Source: Amphiscolops sp. MND2022
Lineage: Eukaryota
Assembly (NCBI GenBank): GCA_964187785.1
Contig: OZ076419.1
Location: forward strand, 35,712,001 to 35,776,000
Direction of reading: 5' to 3'
DNA length: 64,000 bases
Below, one piece after another: positions 60,951-64,000 of the stretch. Position 1 is the stretch's first letter. Each line of letters opens with the position of its first letter. Below the pieces are notes generated by a model. That model worked only from the letters and a program-made list of their open reading frames with translations, did no database searches and was not told the origin of the DNA. The position numbers and the translations under genes are program-made.

Positions 60951-63814
60951 ATGACATATAACTTACTCCTCTGCTCTTTGGCAGATGATTCTATCTAAAC
61001 TCTTGTTGGCACTCATAAAAATTCGGAAAGGGAAAATTACATGACACTTTTTAGACGATGGATTATTCAATGTTACTGTCGACGTATGCAAGTTTGTGGA
61101 AACTGATTGTGAAGTTTGTGGAACGGTGAAGGAGACGCTTCTTACAACTTGGTTCACTTTATTCTGTCCCGGAGGTGGAATTGAGGGTAAATACGCAACG
61201 GTTCGAAATGCAGTTGACGGTAACGGCATTCATTTGTGTGAAATCGAATTTTACGGGCATTAACTGTCCATTTATTGTTAAATAACCCATAACAAAATCC
61301 ACAACAGTTTTCATGTATTTCAAATTCCGCCATTCTTTTCCTTCCCATCAAAAAATTTCATCTCTTTACCCGTCTGAAACTGAATATACCTGTGAAATGA
61401 ATATGCTAAATGTGTTTTTGTTCTGGAACAGTTCCATGATTATTACAATGTGACTAAGTGAAAACAATTTTGAAGAAACTGCAACCTATGCTATGAACAT
61501 ATGAAGTGATATTGACATTGACAAGAAATTTAACTTTTGCAGACATAGTGTGTTTTCATCAATGATACTTTTATCTTCTAAATATCCGTTCAAAAAGTTC
61601 AGTTTTGGGAGGACACGGATGTTATAATCATGATATTTCAACGAATGCAATCTAGCTATCTGAACCGTCCTCTTCCATTGAAATACTGAGGGTGTAAACG
61701 TGGCGATTAAGATACAATGAAACAACTCTGGAAATTATGTTATGTTTAACACAACTTTTTCTTCATTTTAATATTTGAAAAAACATATTTAGAAAATTAT
61801 TCAATCGGAGCTAGAATTTTTTTTATTCAATTTTTGTGAACTCTTACTCAAATTCTTTCAATTCTCCAGGCACGCCCGAAAGAATTTTAGAGATAAACAA
61901 AATTACAGCTGCGCGTCATATGAAAGGGAGAATTCCCCTCTACAAAAGAGAACGCTTGCCACTTGTGCAAACAATTATCTTTTATCTCCCCTGAAAAGAC
62001 AATATGCGACGCCACTTGTGCCAGTAAATATCTCTGAAAAGAGAATAATAGGCGCCACTTGTACGGCCAAATTCTCAATTTTAAACAAAAGAATTCTCAA
62101 GTGGGAACAAAGTCCCCCACTTGAGAGGATTAATTCCCCTGACAAATACAAAGAGTTGCGTCAGCCAACTCGGTTAGCCGAACATATTCGGTAGCTGATG
62201 CAATCCCCGCCGACTTCTATTCGGTTGCATCCAATAGTGAATGCGATTCCAATTATGGACAAAATATTGACGAGATAATGACGAAATAATTTCGTATCCA
62301 ATAAAAAACGCCAATCGATTTGATTGGTTGTACCGTTCGGTCGGCTCGTATAAAAAGCCGGACTCTAGCAAATTGATTCATAATTTTCTCGCATAAATCT
62401 CTCACACACTCTCACTCTGACTCTCCTCTTCGCCTCTGCTATAAATCATCTCTCTCAAAAAATCTCTCTCTTGCGAGAACAAATCTCTCCGACCCAATCT
62501 TTGCTTCAAACTTCAGGTTAGTTATTTTCTTTAACTTAGAAAATAACTTCAAAATTCACAACTCAAAATTTTTCTCTTTTTTCTTTGCTCCCTTTTCCTA
62601 CCTGTCTTTTATAGACAACCCCCAGTCCTAGTGACTGAAGAGACAAACAACCGACAAGGTTCTCCTATGAAAATCATAGGGAAAACTAACTAGAGCTAAA
62701 CGCTCCCAAACAATTCTCGACGGAGATCACTTTCCTCTTAGTACGCGATTGCGTCAAGACTTAGCGACTGCTAGTCTAGATCATTTCAATAACTGCAGCT
62801 AACTTGCAAGTAAAACAAACTGATTAAAAAGTAAAATGCATGTAACCTTATAAAGTATTGAACAGAATTCTGACAATCTTGTCTAAAAAGCAACCTAGCA
62901 AACTGCTGGTTGAAATAAGGCCTTTAACTCACTTAGACTCACAAGACTTCTTCAAAGTCTTTAGACAAACTTGTCCTCCTCTCGACCTAGCAAACTTGCT
63001 GGTCCATTGCAATAGGTTAAAACTCTTAGAACACGGCACCGAACCTCTGGATCGAGCCCAATCGGCAATCTTGTCCGAACAAAAACCTAGCGAATGCTGG
63101 TTAGATAAGACCCTTAACTTACTTAGATTCGCAAGACTTCTTATAAGTCTATGCTCAAGACAATCCTGTCTTCGACCTAGTAATTGGCTGGTCATATAGG
63201 CTAAAACTATTTTATTTAACCCTCAGCTTCCTATAAGCTAGTTCTTCGCTTCCTATAAGCTAGAACGTGTGACAAACCTGTCACGTAAATTGTCAATAGA
63301 CTTAGTAACTCTCACTACATTGTTGAGAACTCTAGGAACCCCAAACCGGTCTGAATAGACTGGAATTCTGGCCAAAAGTCAGCACACTTGTCCTAACCAA
63401 ATTGTTGGACAATAAGATCAGAAAATTCCAGTTTTTATAGTATTTAAACAACTTACCTGAACATTGCTCCATAAATAATTGATGTATTTATTTGTGGTGA
63501 ATGCTAAACAATTCAGATATTATTGATTGGATATTTGTGTCAACTTGGATGATTACATTATTCTGTTTGTATTGTATTCTTGCGTATTGTGTAAAAACAA
63601 ACATTGTTGAATATAATACTCGAACTAATTCAAATTTTTTTTCATATATTCAAACTCTTCTCTCGAAACAAAGTCCTTCCTGCGAACTCGGAAGACCTAG
63701 AGACAACTTTTGTAAAGGTTTAGGAAGGCATAGTCGCAAACTAACTCCTAAACACTATTGATTAAGAATCTCAGAAGGCTAATTTGTCCTAAACCCAATC
63801 GAACCTTTACAAAC

Positions 63815-63830
63815 TGGTGCGACCAGTGAG
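63815..63830 (+). promoter_or_regulatory. Putative PBS TGGTGCGACCAGTGAG
   Basis: TGG 3 nt after a CA dinucleotide and 39 nt upstream of the gag-like ATG. Confidence 0.5.
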
Positions 63831-63853
63831 GCACATTCAAGCAAAAGAGAAGA

Positions 63854-64000
63854 ATGGCAGATAACACAGTTTCATTTCCCGACCTCGCTTTGGACAAATT
63901 TTCAGGGAACGATCCTGAACAAGATGTTAGATCATTCCTAACAACTGTTGAAAACAAAATCAATTTCTCGATGGGTCATGAACCCGACAATGCCGACGAA
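63854..64000 (+). CDS. gag: gag-like N-terminus, open to the window edge
   Basis: MADNTVSFPDLALDKFSGNDPEQDVRSFLTTVENKINF..., typical capsid-start pattern. Confidence 0.55.
   Translation, partial: MADNTVSFPDLALDKFSGNDPEQDVRSFLTTVENKINFSMGHEPDNADE

Larger units (their letters stand above)
62380..64000 (+). mobile_element. 5' end of another Gypsy-like element (LTR start undetermined; continues beyond window)
   Basis: ...CTTTACA (63811), AAC, then TGGTGCG PBS-like site; gag start; TATA-like CTATAAAT ~62440; ~190-bp-spaced direct repeats at 62920-63180. Confidence 0.55.

Noticed and set aside
63268-63285. GTGACA-aacc-TGTCAC hairpin as an LTR boundary
   Set aside because: Too short and no second copy or TSD in the window.
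1-64000. Species assignment, tRNA/rRNA genes
   Set aside because: Composition and TE content suggest an invertebrate, but this cannot be established from sequence alone; no cloverleaf or rRNA-like sequence was seen.

Overview
Eukaryotic (probably metazoan) DNA made almost entirely of decayed transposable elements. I found no rRNA, tRNA, CRISPR array or prokaryotic-type genes. The window holds two giant Ty3/Gypsy LTR retrotransposons. Element A runs <1..15901 (+). Element B runs 18971..36902 (-), with a GTTTG target-site duplication. The two share an unusual architecture: (i) gag starts ~560-660 nt inside the LTR and reads through the LTR end and PBS; (ii) an A-AAA-AAC -1 frameshift leads into PR / dUTPase-like / RT / RH / INT; (iii) a ~4 kb antisense cargo gene converges on the integrase end. 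That cargo gene has a BED-like zinc finger and, by eye, the layout of a catalytically dead hAT transposase. Element A ends in a tandem array of 916-bp LTR+PBS units. Element B's integrase is split by a 4.7-kb DNA transposon that itself holds a MITE. Also present: a solo LTR of a third family with a TSD, a CRE-like non-LTR element, a BEL/Pao pol fragment, a 394-bp foldback, a TSD-less LTR-like unit, decayed unknown ORFs at 49-58 kb (possibly another antisense cargo cassette), and the 5' end of a further Gypsy element at the right edge. The only host-like coding sequence is a set of exons for F-type-lectin (FTP/discoidin-like) domains at 37.6-45.5 kb. All alignments and domain calls were made by eye and need HMM/BLAST confirmation.
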